Source: Amphiscolops sp. MND2022 (lineage: Eukaryota). From it: a stretch of DNA of 64,000 nucleotides. Below are positions 62,982 to 64,000 of the stretch, in pieces. The stretch is from assembly GCA_964187785.1 (NCBI GenBank), contig OZ076421.1:40238001-40302000 (forward strand), in the 5' to 3' direction. Made by a program: the position numbers and the translations under genes. The stretch's first letter is position 1. The number at the start of each line of letters is the position of its first letter. The notes under the pieces are model-generated. The model had not been told where the DNA came from and did no database searches. It worked only from the letters and a program-made list of their open reading frames with translations.

Positions 62982-64000
62982 TTCACGATGTATTGCAGTT
63001 AATTCTTTTTAAAAATTTTTTAGTTTTCAAATTTTTAAAAGATTGTTTTTTCATTGTAATCAAATCCTTTTGTGCTGCATGGAACAATTATAAAATAAAA
63101 TATTCTCCTCGTTTGACAGTTGAAAGTATGAAAAAGGTATTAAAAGCGATACACGCTCCTGGAGTTGTTATATTGTTAATTTTGAAATGTTGTTTAAAGT
63201 ATAAATATTTCAACAAAAAACTCTGAAAATGACAATTTGAACCTATGTCTCATTGTGACGAAATCCTATTCTTTTTAAAATCATGCGTTCTTGTAGAAAA
63301 GCAAACAGGGTTGAAACTGAATTACAATGAGTCACGATATACAAAGCTCAACAAATGAATCAAGTAGCAAAAATCAGGCACAATGAGAAAATAAAAAAAA
63401 TTCCGAAAGTCAACGGTTGTCTTAATCAAAATAGCACTAGCTGCGAAGACTATCAATTCGGGTGATTCACCTAACGCGCCATCACACATCAGCCACCCCA
63501 AAAAATATCAGTTTGACAGGGTCAGAAACAAAAACATATACCGATCAAAATTCTCTTTTTTTTCCAAATCAAAACGTATCTTATCGAACAAAAATCAGTT
63601 CTCGAGCTTAGAAATGTCCTGAATTTGAAATCCTAGGCTTTCATTAAAATTGTTCGGTCAAAAATACAGAAGTCCAAAAGGGTGTCTCGAAAAGAATTGT
63701 AGTACTGAAAACAATACTATACTACTGAAAGTATTTCTACATTGTCAGTAAAATTTTAATTTGAACTTTGTTCGTTGAAAGACAGCAACGAGGTTATGGA
63801 AGAATCCGGAAAACGTTGAAAAATTCAAGAATATACGAAGAATCTTTACAGCAGTTGTTAGGCATGTTACCATATCTTATTATGATTGTGAAGATTCCAC
63901 CAAAAATATTTGAAAATAATTGCTTTGTGAAGACTCCAAGAAAACTTGTGAAGAATCCAGGAGAGCTTGTGAAGAATAAAGAAAATTTTGAAGAATTAAC

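Larger units (their letters stand above)
40086..64000. mobile_element. Giant (>24 kb) TIR DNA transposon, CMC/Transib-RAG1-like, right end just beyond the window
   Basis: The left TIR CATTACGACGCCAAACAGG interrupts Gypsy pol. About 1.05 kb of the left end matches one end of the 22-23 kb element and about 63780-63900 matches its other end. It contains a DDE transposase and cargo genes. Confidence 0.8.

Noticed and set aside
40086-64000. Polinton/Maverick or endogenous DNA virus
   Set aside because: No protein-primed polymerase, packaging ATPase, capsid or retroviral-type integrase motifs; the related element has a 2-bp TSD; genes are intron-rich.
1-64000. rRNA, tRNA or intact host genes
   Set aside because: No conserved rRNA segments, cloverleafs or housekeeping-protein motifs were seen.

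Overview
Eukaryotic, repeat-dense, AT-rich DNA with GT-AG spliceosomal introns; probably an invertebrate, but the host cannot be determined from sequence alone. No intact host gene, rRNA, tRNA or CRISPR array was found. Bases 1-40,085 are a nested graveyard of decayed Ty3/Gypsy LTR retrotransposons. The first element has a clean 300-bp inversion inside its integrase, a TARG1/OARD1-like macrodomain and about 4 kb of extra ORFs. A 1,690-bp TIR element with a 2-bp TSD sits at 22,059-23,748. The main result is at 40,086, where a Gypsy pol is interrupted by the same terminal inverted repeat (CATTACGACGCCAAACAGG). The window end (about 63,780-63,900) matches the opposite subterminal end of the small element, so 40,086 to beyond 64,000 looks like one giant (>24 kb) cut-and-paste DNA transposon. 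It carries a RAG1/Transib/CMC-like DDE transposase, an intron-containing triple-zinc-finger + JmjC (KDM2/KDM7-like) demethylase gene, a tyrosine-recombinase-remnant + SET (PR-Set7/KMT5A-like) methyltransferase gene, an inverted zinc-finger paralogue, an unknown divergent gene, several tandem arrays and a polarised quasi-palindromic motif. The transposase, JmjC, SET and second zinc-finger genes carry stops, frameshifts or a splice mutation in this copy. All domain calls come from by-eye motif recognition, not database searches.
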